From Toensbergia leucococca (Eukaryota), in assembly GCA_022813965.1 (NCBI GenBank), contig JALDZS010000115.1, positions 1 to 64,000 on the forward strand: a DNA stretch of 64,000 nt, written 5' to 3'. Below are positions 24,915 through 36,811 of this stretch, in pieces. A program made the position numbers and the translations under genes. Within the stretch, counting starts at the first letter, position 1, and each line of letters opens with the position of its first letter. The notes under the pieces were generated by a model that ran no database searches, had not been told where the DNA came from, and worked only from the letters and a program-made list of their open reading frames with translations.

Positions 24915-26859
24915 CTTGACGATGGTGTTAGTGGAAAGCGGTGAACGCTGCTAAGTATTCTGCGATTGAGCTTGCGTTAAGGTTGGAGCATTGACAAAGC
25001 GATTGTTAATTTTGACAGTGAATTATAACTTTGAAAAGTGGGGCTTGCAAAGGCTCCAGTTGAACGTGCTGTGGTCCGTTGTGTCTGTCAGTCAGACCTG
25101 TCACATTCTGTTGCCTTGATTGTGTATAAAGGCATCATGGGTTCAGAGATTCAACGGTGGGATCGGGGTTTTCTAAAACAGGCATGGGTCTCGCAAGGCA
25201 AGTGCTTCGCCGACGAACAAGCACACGATACCTGGATTGGCTTGCGGTGGCGGCTTCCTGTGTAGATGGACAGTGCGGTGATACGATAAATGCGCGTTCA
25301 AATGGAAAGAATAGCATTCAAGATGCAGAGCCTCATACCATGTGACAGCAAAGATGAAGGAAACAGTCGCAGAGAATGGCAGATACAGTAGGGTGCGACA
25401 GCGACCACCTATGCTGAGGTCATCCAATCATGCGGTGCACTCGAGGATGTGATATCACCGGCGGTGATGCACGCCCGAATCTCTGAGCTGGCACTTGTTG
25501 ATTTGCACACATTTCTAGACTAAGGTAGATCCTCATCTAGTAGAGCGGGACAAGGGTAGCACAGTGGTGACAGTAGCTCGAGTAGGTAGGTACTTAGCTA
25601 CTTAAGGCCAGCTAGCCGGAAGTCAACCTTGATGACGGAACGAATCCTCAATTTTCTACTTGTTTATTTATGTATGAACTGTCCAGCATTCTAAGGAATG
25701 CTCTGAAGCTTGAGAAAGGTATGGGATCCTGGGCAGCAGCAACCCGGTTCTCAGGTACGCAGCACCAAGCCTTGTCTATATTCAATGACAAGTCTACCAA
25801 AATGAGAGCTAGATATTATTCTACCACGAACTCCATTCCAGGCTTGCGAATTTCCCATGGAATAACTTCGCGACAACCTTCTTGAAACACAGCTAAATGA
25901 AAAGTCATGGCGTGTATTTAAGTAGTCTCGGAACAGAATCTACAAGGAGTTTGTATAATACTCGTATATCCCTGACTCTGTGTGACGCAGTATATGTCAC
26001 TTGATTAATCTTGAGGCCAAATGCGATAAACTCGAGACTCGTAAGAGTACTCATAAAAATCAAATCTTCATTGTTGGCAGTGGAGTAGACAAGCGTGAAA
26101 TTTGTGTACTTCTCACGGACTAACCGGTACTTCAGCGAGTCCCAGAGAGACCAGTCATGTTGCTTGCACTCAGGATAAATGCGGCCTCGATTCAAAATAG
26201 TTCTCCAGTACGCACTTGACCTGAATACCAAAACCAATCCAGACCTCACAAATAAAGTCATATCATCACAGATGGAACCTCCTCGCTTGGTAAGACATAG
26301 CGGCTTCTTTCAACGCCCACCCGACGCGACGTCTTTCCTTTCAATGCGTTGCTCTACCATAGTCCTTTCTCGTACACTTGCTGTTCTCTTTCAAGTCAAG
26401 TTCGGGCGGCATTCGCTTCGGTGCCAATGTCTATGACACTCCCTACTGTCTCGATTGAACGTGCTTTAGGGAAGACTCTGGGCCTGCGCTTTCTTCCGTA
26501 GATGTCCCTTTCCGCATGATATATTTCAGTGATCAAACGGCACTCAGCTTCAAATCTTCTCGTATAGTCCAGCTTGGTCCATCTCGTTTCGCTGTTTCTT
26601 TCATTGTTCTTTCAAGACAGTGTTTCTACGTCTCTTCTTCTGTTTCATCCAGAGACATCGATACTGGTGGCTTGCTTTGAATGGAAACAGAGAGATGTTT
26701 CTTCTTTTGACGAGTGCTTTGATGTTACACATCCCGTTCCATGGGCGGTTTTTTAGTATATAATGCTACAATTCATAGCCAGTAGATACTCTTCCACATA
26801 TTGAAAACCACACCCTCTCTAGCAATCGTCCAACTTTTACCTTCCTACTTACTGGGGAA

Positions 26860-28362
26860 ATGTTGCACCTCTTGGATATCTTGCTGATCCGTCAGATGAA
26901 CGGTCTTATCGCAATCTCCTCGATTGCGACTTTGTGTTTGTTGATGCTGTTACTCTACCACTCGGATATTTTAATCCCAACTCGAGGCCTGTTTCGATCA
27001 CCTCCATCACGCATGGTAGAGGCTCGATTCTCAGATCCAGCCACTTGTAAAATGATTCTCGCCTGCACAGGCACAGAGGATTCAGGCCCTCGGAACCGCC
27101 TCAGCAATTTGCAGTCACGAGCAGATCCAAATCAAAGGCTCGTCCGAGCCTTCGGCATCAACAACGCTTTTACAACAACGGACGATGCACATCGTAAACA
27201 TTTTAGGAAGACCGCGGAGGCATGCATAAGGTTTGGGGATGATAAATGGAAAGACCTAGCAAAGCTTGCCGAGACACTGGTGTTCAATAGCAAGACAAAG
27301 GCCTTAAGTAAGAGCGCGGAGGAGATTCTTAGTAACAGACTTGATTGGGTTATGAATAATAAGAAGAAGTGGATCCACAGCAACAGCGAGAAGGGAAATC
27401 GGATTCCAAGTAACGACGCGGAGGGGATTGTGCGCACTGTGTTTCTGCGCACCGTGTTTCCGCAAACTAGCAAGATCAATGGTCACATTGTGCTAATGCC
27501 GTTCGTACAGTCATTGTGCTTGAAAATGTCTCTCTATGTCTTGTTCGGCCTTGATCCACTTAGCCTACGCGAAGAAGACATTGAAGTTGTTGCAAAGTCT
27601 ATCAATCGTATTTGGATGCGTTCGAAGCAAGAACGGAATGATGAACTAGGCTTCGTACATGAGACAGAATTACGTCAAGCGCTGGCCAACATTCTGCCCG
27701 ACCATGAGTTGACGCCCAAAGAAAATCCTTTGAATTACATCCTCCCAGCTTACGAAACCCTCTGGCGCGTGGTCCATCGATGCTTGCTCCAAGTGTCATT
27801 CCGCAACGAAGCCTTGGCTCTCGAGTGGCGGCAAATTCTCGAAAGGTTTCTTAAAGATCCGACAGAAGCCAGATTTGAGGAGATCAGACCTGGTGTCGGC
27901 GGAATCTCGGCTCACTTTGTTATTGCCGAAGCTTCGAGGCTGTTTCCGCCCACCAGGCGCGTCTATCGGAAGTTCCAATTCACTTCCCAGAAATATCCCG
28001 AGGATGTAGCTGCTGATATCGAGTCATGTCATCGAGATCTATCGGTCTGGGGCCAAGACAGTCTCAACTTCAACCCATCCAGGTGGAACAATCTGAGCGA
28101 TGAAGCCCGGAATGCCTTTATGCCATTCGGTGGGACACCATTCATCTGTCCTGCAAAGAAGAACTTCGGGCCCAGAATGATTGGGGTTCTAGTTGCTGCG
28201 TTAGCAGTTGACCTCTCGGATTTTTGGAAGCTGAAAGCGTTGAGTATAGAGGACGAGATTCAGACTGATGAGGTGTTGGATCTAGCTCGACACGCATACG
28301 AATCTTTGATTCTGGTACAGAAATTTGATCATGGGGAGCAGAATGACAAAGGAAGCGAATAA
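26860..28362 (+). CDS. Divergent cytochrome P450-like protein
   Basis: 500-aa intronless ORF. N-terminal hydrophobic anchor, PAYETL (I-helix variant), EASR (ExxR), FNPSRW (PERF-like), FMPFGGTPFICPA heme-Cys motif. Confidence 0.8.
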   Translation: MLHLLDILLIRQMNGLIAISSIATLCLLMLLLYHSDILIPTRGLFRSPPSRMVEARFSDPATCKMILACTGTEDSGPRNRLSNLQSRADPNQRLVRAFGINNAFTTTDDAHRKHFRKTAEACIRFGDDKWKDLAKLAETLVFNSKTKALSKSAEEILSNRLDWVMNNKKKWIHSNSEKGNRIPSNDAEGIVRTVFLRTVFPQTSKINGHIVLMPFVQSLCLKMSLYVLFGLDPLSLREEDIEVVAKSINRIWMRSKQERNDELGFVHETELRQALANILPDHELTPKENPLNYILPAYETLWRVVHRCLLQVSFRNEALALEWRQILERFLKDPTEARFEEIRPGVGGISAHFVIAEASRLFPPTRRVYRKFQFTSQKYPEDVAADIESCHRDLSVWGQDSLNFNPSRWNNLSDEARNAFMPFGGTPFICPAKKNFGPRMIGVLVAALAVDLSDFWKLKALSIEDEIQTDEVLDLARHAYESLILVQKFDHGEQNDKGSE

Positions 28363-29316
28363 TATTCTGGACGTGTTACTTGCTACGAATTTGCAGGGAA
28401 TGAAGTCAATTTCTCAACAAACGAATGGCACAAATGCAAGGCCTGGGCCAAGATCTTGTCAGCCATGATTACTATACCTTGTCAAGACATGAAGCTGTTC
28501 TTGACTTTCTATAGGCGATCAATGTAAGAAAAGTTGGTTGCATCTTTGGTTATTCACGATCGTGTAGATCTACGGAGGCTTCTCCGAGCTAGCCTTGCAG
28601 CTTTTAGAGTAGAGAAGTTGCTGTGAATTACCTCGCTGTTGAAGGATCTGCCTCTCCTAAATTTGCATCATTGAACATGTACCCCATAATATATCAGTTG
28701 CTATCGCAAAGTCTGTGAAGAAAACCCCAGCATGCATCGTGGGTCTTTCGATGACTGAAGTTGATATTCTGGAGAAAACCTTGAGGTCCATGCTAGACAT
28801 AGAATTAAATCGAGAGACGATACGGGAGAGAAGCCGATTTCTAGTATATAAATGATTCACGAACACGAAAGTAGAAAATTTTCATGCTCGTATCATAAGT
28901 GCTATCAATCAGTCGGATAAGAGATAGATCTGGCATTGGCGCGTCACACAGCCTAATTGGTGTAACACATTTGTGTACCCACAGGCTGGTGGGACTCTCA
29001 GGCGTAAGTTCTTACCTAGCAGATGAAATAATAACAAAGGTGAAAAGTCGATAGGAGCTCCCTTTAGTAATGTAAGATAGATGGGCGTGTGCCTGAATCC
29101 AGGTTTGATGTGTTGTTGTAAGTCCGGCGTCATTGACGTGCTGTCTGTCGCGAGCCGGCAAGCGAGGCTAAAGAATCAGGATTGTCTAAAATATCTCCAC
29201 CTCCTCCTTCATCTTCCACCACATACATTCTCATCCCTGAATCCTCGCACTCAAATTTGATATCCATATTTCCTTTCAGAAATCTTCCTCAATTCTGTCC
29301 GCTGTGCAACCAAAAC

Positions 29317-30901
29317 ATGTCTGATGCACCTCCTCAACTTGGGGATATCCCTCAGCGCTCCGAGATGACAGTTCCAACCTTGAAGTCAAACGCTGACTAT
29401 GGCACAAATGGGAATTCTTCAGTCCAGAATGTCAAGGACACCATGTACAGTAGTGAGGTGAGACTCAAGTAGACTCCCGCAAGAACAGAACTACTGCTGA
29501 CAATTTCCTACCATAGTTGTCCGAGCTCGCGTGACATGTCCAAATGTTGTTAACCTCCATCCAAGACACCCAATCCGCCTTGAATACTGTTCAAAACCAT
29601 CCGGTAACACATAATTTCAAGGATGCTGTTAGCAATGGTTAGGTTAGTATACCTGCCGAGTCTGGTCTCGTCAACCCCATAGCTGATCGATGGTTATCTT
29701 TTAGTTGATGCTGCCTAAATGGTTGTTCTCTGTCTCTGCTGACCTACTTAAGGCCCTGTTGCGGAGAATGTGAAGAACCAGCACGCCAAAACAACTTCCG
29801 AGTTTCAAGACCTTGCCGACTCGCGTACTACACCAAGCCAGTCCGCTGCTACAGGCCAGCCGTTGACTCGTATGTCTAAACACTAGTTCTGGCTGTCCAT
29901 ACTACTGATTTATTGCTAGATTACCATTCCCTGTTTTACAATCTCTTGAGCGTAAGTTTTCTCTTTGCAAGAGTATTGCTCAACATGCTGACACCTATAG
30001 TGGAAAAATCCTCGTGCTACCAGCCTCTCTTTCCTTGCCACGGTTCTCTTTATTTTCTCTGCTCGCTACCTGCCTGCACTGCGTTTGTCGTTCAAATTCA
30101 TTTCATACATACTTGGAGGTAATTCGTGATCAGCATAGACTTAGAAGCCTTGTCTAATTTCACGCCAGCTGTTGCTACCGCCGAGATCCTCGGCAAACTC
30201 GTCCTGTCGCAAGGTTTGGCTACATCTTTCCGCCCCAAGAAGTATTACACAATACCAAGAGAATTTCTTGAGTCGTCTTTGGAGGATGTGGAACAGCTCA
30301 TCAATTTCTTCGTCATCGAGTCCCAGCGAATACTCTTTGCTGAGAACATTATGAGTACCGTTGCTGTATGTTCTTGTTCTAGAAGTGTCAACTTTGTTAA
30401 GACTGACATAGAGTGTAGGCATTCTTTGCTGCCGTGGTCTCCTACTGGCTCATCAAAATTGTGCCTTTCTGGGGCTTATCCCTCATCGCTATCTCCACCG
30501 TCTTTCTTACCCCTTTGATCTACATGACCAACAAGGAACTCATTGATCATCACGTCAATAATGCTTCCCAGGTTGTGAATTCGCAAGCTAGTCAAGTCAA
30601 GGATCTTGCAGGCCACCATACGGCTCGTGCCACGGAGACTGTGAGAGCGTACGCCGGCGATTACAGTGCCAAGGCTCAGAACTACATTGGCAGCGCTAGA
30701 GGTCGCTCAACATCACCGGAGATAAGTTCTGGAAGCATGGCATCAAGCAATCCCATCAAGTCCGAGGCCGGTGTTCCTCCGTCTTACAGTTCTTCCGACT
30801 TCCCTCATGCGCCCAAACAGGAGCCTACTCCAGGTGTGACTTCTCATGCCGAGCAGTATGAGAACTCGCAATTCGGTGGGCAGGCCGAATCAGCCATGTA
30901 G
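29317..30901 (+). CDS. RTN1: Reticulon-like protein (Rtn1/RtnA/Cwl1)
   Basis: Exons approx. 29317..29452, 29566..29637, 29753..29869, 29920..29951, 30001..30118, 30169..30365, 30419..30901. Motifs YHSLFYNLLSWKNPRAT, RPKKYYTIPRE, QLINFFVIESQRILFAEN and hydrophobic hairpins. The first two introns are stwintrons. Confidence 0.9.
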
Positions 30902-33059
30902 GACCATGGCAATGGCTCGCACATACGTTAAGTTGTATATGTTTACGAATAGCTGATACAGCTATCAAGATATGGCAGAGAAGTGAGAGAGAGCAAATGT
31001 GCACACAGAAAGCGATGGGCGATGGATGCACTAGTCGGAGGAAATGAATGGTGGTATGATAAGATAGTTAGCGAGGGACTGATGGCCCCTTCTTTTGTGC
31101 AGAACGTGCATTTTTCAAATTGTATTTCAAAATGTGCGTCGAGATTCGATGTTGCGAACAGTGGCCAGCAGGCGATAGCAAGCTTTTCGATGACTCCAGA
31201 CTCCTTAGGTCAAGCGACATAGATTACAATTAGCAGGTCATTTTACGGAAGGCGACCCAAAACCCACTGCGGACCTGAATCATTCAGGTGCTGTTCGTAT
31301 GTGGTTCCAATGTGTTCGGGACGCACTATCTCTTCATTCATTGTATTTCCACCACCGTCCTCCTCAAACTCACAACCCAGTTTTCTCATTGCCCCTCAAA
31401 GTAGCACATGAACAGGACTTCCTACTCTTTACTACACAATGACAAGTCAGACCAGCCTTCACCAATAGCTTCCCTTACTCTTCAGATCATCAAATGCCCC
31501 TTCAACAAAGATTGGTCAAAGCTTGCGCCGTGACACTCTTCAAACAAATTGGGCCGATTTGTCACTAGAACGTTTTCTCTAAAAAGACTTTTCCGTTCTT
31601 GTGCCTTTCGTTCTTGATTGAATTTTCTGGGTTTTTTTGGAGTTGATGTTTTGAAATCGCTACTTTACATGCATGTCATGAAGATGAAACAATATCGTTT
31701 TCCAAAGCTTGAATACCTAGTTGTAAAAGAAAGCCTTACTTTACTAGCATCATGTAAAGCTTGAGATGTGCAGATTTGATGATGACTTGAAATTTACGGT
31801 ACTCGTAGACGACTTGCGAAACTCCAAATTGAGACGGGTGTTGATTTAATTTGGTGTCCGTGAAGAGAGTGTTCAATCTGCAACCATTCCGAGACCTTCT
31901 TACCCCCTTTCTCTTTCCTCAGCCAAACGAGCCATCAACCAGAGATATATATTTTAATGGGGCAGAAATGAGCACTCTGCAGTGATGAGGGTGAAGTCGG
32001 GCATGGTAGAGAGGTATGAAGGTGTCAGAGGGCTTCGGACAAGGAGGTGGGAAGCTTTCCCGTGTGAAGAAGAAGAGGTTATATAGTCTTTCAAGGGGGC
32101 TTAGGTCATTTAATCAATTTCGGGTCGTAGGAGATTGTTGGTTCGAACTCGCAGAATAGTGGGGGAGTGAGAAGGAAAGTATTTATTTCCTGCGATAGCC
32201 TCGCCTTTTCTTTCCCCTGTGCAACACTGACGCATCCGGAGGAAAAGGGGGGTTAGGGAAATGCTAGAGCAGCCGGTCAGGAGTCGAAAGCAACGCGGTG
32301 GAATTTCAGGGGAGCATTCAATTCAAAGCTCAGAAGAGTCAGTCATTGCCCAACACCCATCACATTCTAAATCTAGGAGCAGCTGCTCTAGAAGCACAAG
32401 CAGCCCAAGGTTTCATCAATCATCGAAGCCCCACCACCCCCAACTCGAGTGCTCGCTATACCCGATCGGGCCAAAGGCACCACCCGCAAAAAAAAATGCA
32501 GGCACTCCCGCCAAGCCGCCAACCGAGAACTGCACATCTCGGTCATCGAAAAGGTAAAAAACAAAAAAATGCACCAAGAACTCTACCCTCTTGCAGCAAT
32601 TCCACCAGATCTCTGGAGAATCAAGCACCTAATGGCGCTGGGAAGGGAGAGGAAGTTTCTGTGGTGATTGGAGCGCGTGGCTGGGAAGGGTGCTGGATCA
32701 TGGCATCATTCAAGTTGCTTTTTTGAGAAGGGGGGGGCAATGGCGGAGAAGATTGCTCTCATGAAAGGGAGACTTGTGGTCTCTTTCACAGGTGCTATTG
32801 GTACCGAGGATTTTATCTGTTCCTAGGTAGGGTCCATGTGGGTTTGATTCGGCCGTGCTTGCGCTTGAGGAAGGGGGCCGGCCGATTCTTTGGGTTTATA
32901 TAGCGAGTCCTTCCCCCCCTTCCAAACTCCGCACAGATCGATATCTTCTCTTCCCAAAAAAAAAAAAAAACAGAACCAGATCCAACCTCTCCAACTACTT
33001 TCCCCAAAACCTCTCCTTCCACTCTCTCCCTCCCCCCCCCACCAAAAAAAAACCAGAAA

Positions 33060-33548
33060 ATGCTCTTTCCAACCCTCCTCCTCACCCTCACCCTACCCAC
33101 CCTCCTCACCGCCTCCCCCTCCCACCCCCACCCCCCTCTCGACCCCCGCGCCCTCAACAAATCCTACTGCCCCCCCCAACCCGCCACCGAAGCCTACCAA
33201 CGCCACATCTTCGCTTCCTTTGTCCAAACCCTCTACGGCGCCAAAAACGTCTCCCAAGCCTTCACCACCTACATCGCCACCGACCTGATCGAGCACGACC
33301 CCTTTGACAACCAGGGCCGCGCCGCCAACGAGGCCAAACTCCAGGCCATCATCCCCTATGCGAATTTTCAGGTGCTGCGCTCGAGCTTCGATAATGAGAC
33401 GGGATTTATTCATGTTCGGGTCAATGAGAGTCCGGAGCCGATTGCGCTGGCGGATATTTATCGCATGAATGGGACGTGTATTGTGGAGCATTGGGATGTT
33501 ACCCAGGCGAGGCCGGCGAATGCGACGAATCCGATTGCTATGTTTTGA
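33060..33548 (+). CDS. Secreted SnoaL/NTF2-like protein
   Basis: Signal peptide MLFPTLLLTLTLPTLLTA; YIATDLIEHDP and ADIYRMNGTCIVEHWDV SnoaL-like motifs. Confidence 0.85.
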   Translation: MLFPTLLLTLTLPTLLTASPSHPHPPLDPRALNKSYCPPQPATEAYQRHIFASFVQTLYGAKNVSQAFTTYIATDLIEHDPFDNQGRAANEAKLQAIIPYANFQVLRSSFDNETGFIHVRVNESPEPIALADIYRMNGTCIVEHWDVTQARPANATNPIAMF

Positions 33549-34281
33549 GAGGATGGGGGAGGTTGGTGCTGGTTCTGGGGATGTTGTGTTGGGGGGCGGT
33601 GGTGTTCGGGGGAGATGATAAGAATGCTTTCTCTTTTCTTCTCGAGATGTCAAGAAGATTGGGGGGGGGGGGGTGTTTTTGGTGATTGGTGGTAATTTGG
33701 CTTCAAGGACCTGTCCGATCATTTTACTTATTGGCCGAGGGATTCGAGACGGGGACGTTTTCCAACTATCAACATATGTAAATGTTACGTTTCTAATGCT
33801 TCATTGCTGGAGAAAAAAAGAGGCTTAACAAGCTTTGGATTGGACGGTCTTCTTACAGGCACATATAAGACGAATATAATTGCTAGTCATACATTGCAAA
33901 TTAGTCAGGCATGAAGATGGAAGAACGAGAAAGGTGCTTCCAATAAAAGAAATAGGTGTCATATTTGCCAATTCTCTGCAGAGCTATCCATAATTTCCTC
34001 AAATCGAGGTGTCACTTGTCACTATTAGGATGAATTATCACTAATAGCACATTTAGGGCGTCTAAGCAGCATTTCGTTGTATTCATCCAAGCTACCTAAG
34101 CGATATCAAGTATCTATCCCAAGAGTGAGATAATTGCTGTGAAAAGGTACGCCAAGCGCAAATTCGCCCATAATGTCTAGGCAGCGTTTTCCGAGGTCAA
34201 TCCATTCCTAAGACACAAGCTCTGGACAATATCAAGGAAGGTAGCAACTTTGCCGCCCTGAGCCATTCGATGTAACTACCT

Positions 34282-35222
34282 TCAAGGCGTCCTCATAGGT
34301 TCTCTCATTGTCACGGCCTTTATAGTAGACGAAACATCAATGGCGCCCTTGATACCTTCTTGTATCTTCATCAATTCATCTCTCAGGCGCATCAAATGCT
34401 CCGTCACATCTTCGTACTGCAGACCCTCATCGACTTCCCACTGCTTTCGTAGCGAATCTAGGTCTTCTTCCATGTATTTCTCGTTAACGTGAAGTTGATC
34501 GATGAGCTTTTGAAAAAGCCTTGTCGTCTGCTGACGTACATTCAAGCTACTTGGCACCGGCGTTGAGGGGATGGGGGTGTTTGTGATATCACCGAGAGGT
34601 GATCGAGAATCTTGATGGTCGAAATGGGTTCTCTTGGCTTTTTTGATGTTAGGATACTGAAAGCTGTTCTCGTCAACATACCGTTTTTGTCCCTTGCTAT
34701 TAGAAAGTGGTTCCGAGTTTGCTCCAGTGATAATGCGAGCAGCTGGAGCCTGAAGAGTGGTGATTCTACTCATAATACTAGCTCGAGTGGTTGTGACAGT
34801 CATGTGCTTTCGACGAGACGGGTGCATGTTACTGTCAATTCCTGCATTGCGACTCAGATTGTCAATGATTTTCGCTGCCGGCACCACAAACTCAGGTACG
34901 CAAGGCCTTGAGTCTGCGACTCTGTAGTCGTACAAAACACCATGCCTTCGCCTCAAGTTTGCAGCAGCCCATTGGCCAGGATACATGGCAGGTCCATCGT
35001 AATAGTCTGGATACAAGGCTCGATAATCGGCATTGATGACAGCATCAATTAGGCAAATCAGACCATTCCAATTTGACGTGTTGAATCCCGCTTTCTCTGC
35101 CGCTCGAGCGATGGCTGCGTCTCGTCCGTAGAGTATTGGCCCTGTGTATCCATTCAGGTTGAAGCTCAACCATAGAAGACAAGAGGATACTTACAATCAT
35201 TGTCAATGTATCTCATAGCCAT
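34282..35222 (-). CDS. Hypothetical orphan protein with C-terminal coiled coil
   Basis: ATG 35222 (MAMRYIDNDW); intron 35194..35142 (GTAAGT...CAG) joins it in frame to the 295-aa ORF. Confidence 0.6.
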
Positions 35223-36037
35223 ATCGACCTAACAGATGTAGAGTGAGGTAAACGATTAACAGAAATGATGACACCACAGTAAGATGATAGGTTGAGGATG
35301 GGAGTAGATTTTCAGAACGATGATGTCGTGTTGACGCCTGCCGACTTGAGGTGGATTACGAACGTAATTTCCAACGTAGTCAGGATGCACAGAAAGATGG
35401 TAGAGCACCAAGTGTCATTTGTAGACTCTGATGTTAACTTAATGAAGACTGGAGAGCATGGTGAAGTCAAAGAGGGACGGGCTAACCCAGAGAATGTCGA
35501 ATCAATCAGGGCTCATTCAGATGAACAAGATGTTGGTGATGATACGACTTAGCCTCAATGGTAGTAATTGATTAATGCTTGCGAAGGTTGACAGTCATGA
35601 AGAGGGTAAAGTAAAACGAGGCAAAGTAAAGTAAAGTGTCGTAGTCAAACTGAGTATTTCGATTCACTCCTTCCAAATCCGGCAGTGAATCTCTCGTATC
35701 GCAGTCCATCTTTCGCATTCTAACCTCAAGTCTCAAAATACACGTAGATACTTTGCTCTTGATCTGCGTGCTATACAATACCTAGCCATGCCTTGATCAG
35801 CCTGTTCCCATTTCTAGAACTACGGTGCAGATAGAAATACCTCGTACATTAGACCGCTAGACCTCATGCTCGATGATTATTAACAATGGCTTAGATCAAG
35901 AGAAAACATCTCGAATACCACCATTTTTTTGGAGCGAATGCATCAAGTCAACCGACTTTCCCAAGCAGCTCTTTTCTGCTGGCTTGGGATGAGGCTGTAC
36001 CAAGCTCCCATCATCCTCAAAGTCCGACATACCCGAT

Positions 36038-36811
36038 TCACTCGATCCACCCGTCTACCACCTTATCAATCCGTTCAAAGCTGTTTTCAAAGTCTTCATC
36101 AAGATCCAGGCTGTCATCCTCCCAGTTCGCTGAGCCTGCTGTTTTACTAGGCCTTATGGGAGTCCCTTTGACTATTGTAGTCTCTGTCAGGTGGTCTTGA
36201 AAGTCGTCATATCTAATGCTTAATGGCATACATGGGAAATTTGTAGCTTCTTTAATCAACTTGAAGCTTGCTAGCTCCAACGGTGAATCCCCATCTCGAA
36301 GGAGCCAACTCTCCATGATTTTGAGAGATCCCAGTAGTGGGATTTGGTGGTACAATCTGCCTATGAGAGTTCTTCGTTGCGCTTTGGGCGCACCCCTGCC
36401 TATTTCTAGGCTTTTGAGTGACACATCAGCTTCTCGGAAGCAATAATCGACGGCGTGTCTCTCTATATCGAATGACTTTTTCTTGATATTGATTAAGTTG
36501 GTTCTTAGTCTCATGGCGTTGCTTCCCTTGAACGGTCGATGTCCCGGGAAAAGGTCACTATCCGAGGCGCCGTTGAACGCCACAATGCAAGTGCATTCCC
36601 GGATTGCTTCCTCAAGTCTTCGTAGCTTAACAGTGAAGGGACGGTCTCTGAGTTTTGGTAAGATTCCACATGGCGTTCCGTTGAAATGATAGATCCAAAC
36701 GAACGATATCCGTTTGATCGTGCAGTATGCTGCGAGTGCAAACCAATGAGGACTCCAAACATAGTCGTTGAGATACAATTTCAACGTCTCGACGTCGAAG
36801 CTCTTTGTCAT
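36038..36811 (-). CDS. Putative stand-alone DEDD-superfamily (DnaQ/PolB-exo-like) 3'-5' exonuclease
   Basis: 257-aa intronless ORF with SFDVET (ExoI), IVAFNGASD (ExoII), SFDI, SLKSL and WLLRDGDSPLEL (ExoIII-like). Confidence 0.55.
   Translation of the reverse strand: MTKSFDVETLKLYLNDYVWSPHWFALAAYCTIKRISFVWIYHFNGTPCGILPKLRDRPFTVKLRRLEEAIRECTCIVAFNGASDSDLFPGHRPFKGSNAMRLRTNLINIKKKSFDIERHAVDYCFREADVSLKSLEIGRGAPKAQRRTLIGRLYHQIPLLGSLKIMESWLLRDGDSPLELASFKLIKEATNFPCMPLSIRYDDFQDHLTETTIVKGTPIRPSKTAGSANWEDDSLDLDEDFENSFERIDKVVDGWIE

Noticed and set aside
32813..33722. Several overlapping Pro-rich or Gly-rich ORFs around the SnoaL gene (similar cases at 1810-2591, 47051-47599 and 56041-56836)
   Set aside because: Artefacts of stop-poor C/G-skewed sequence overlapping real genes
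35887..35900. TGGCTTAGATCAAG, matching part of the U2 snRNA 5' region
   Set aside because: Not followed by the branch-recognition sequence TGTAGTA, and the upstream U2 sequence is absent; likely chance
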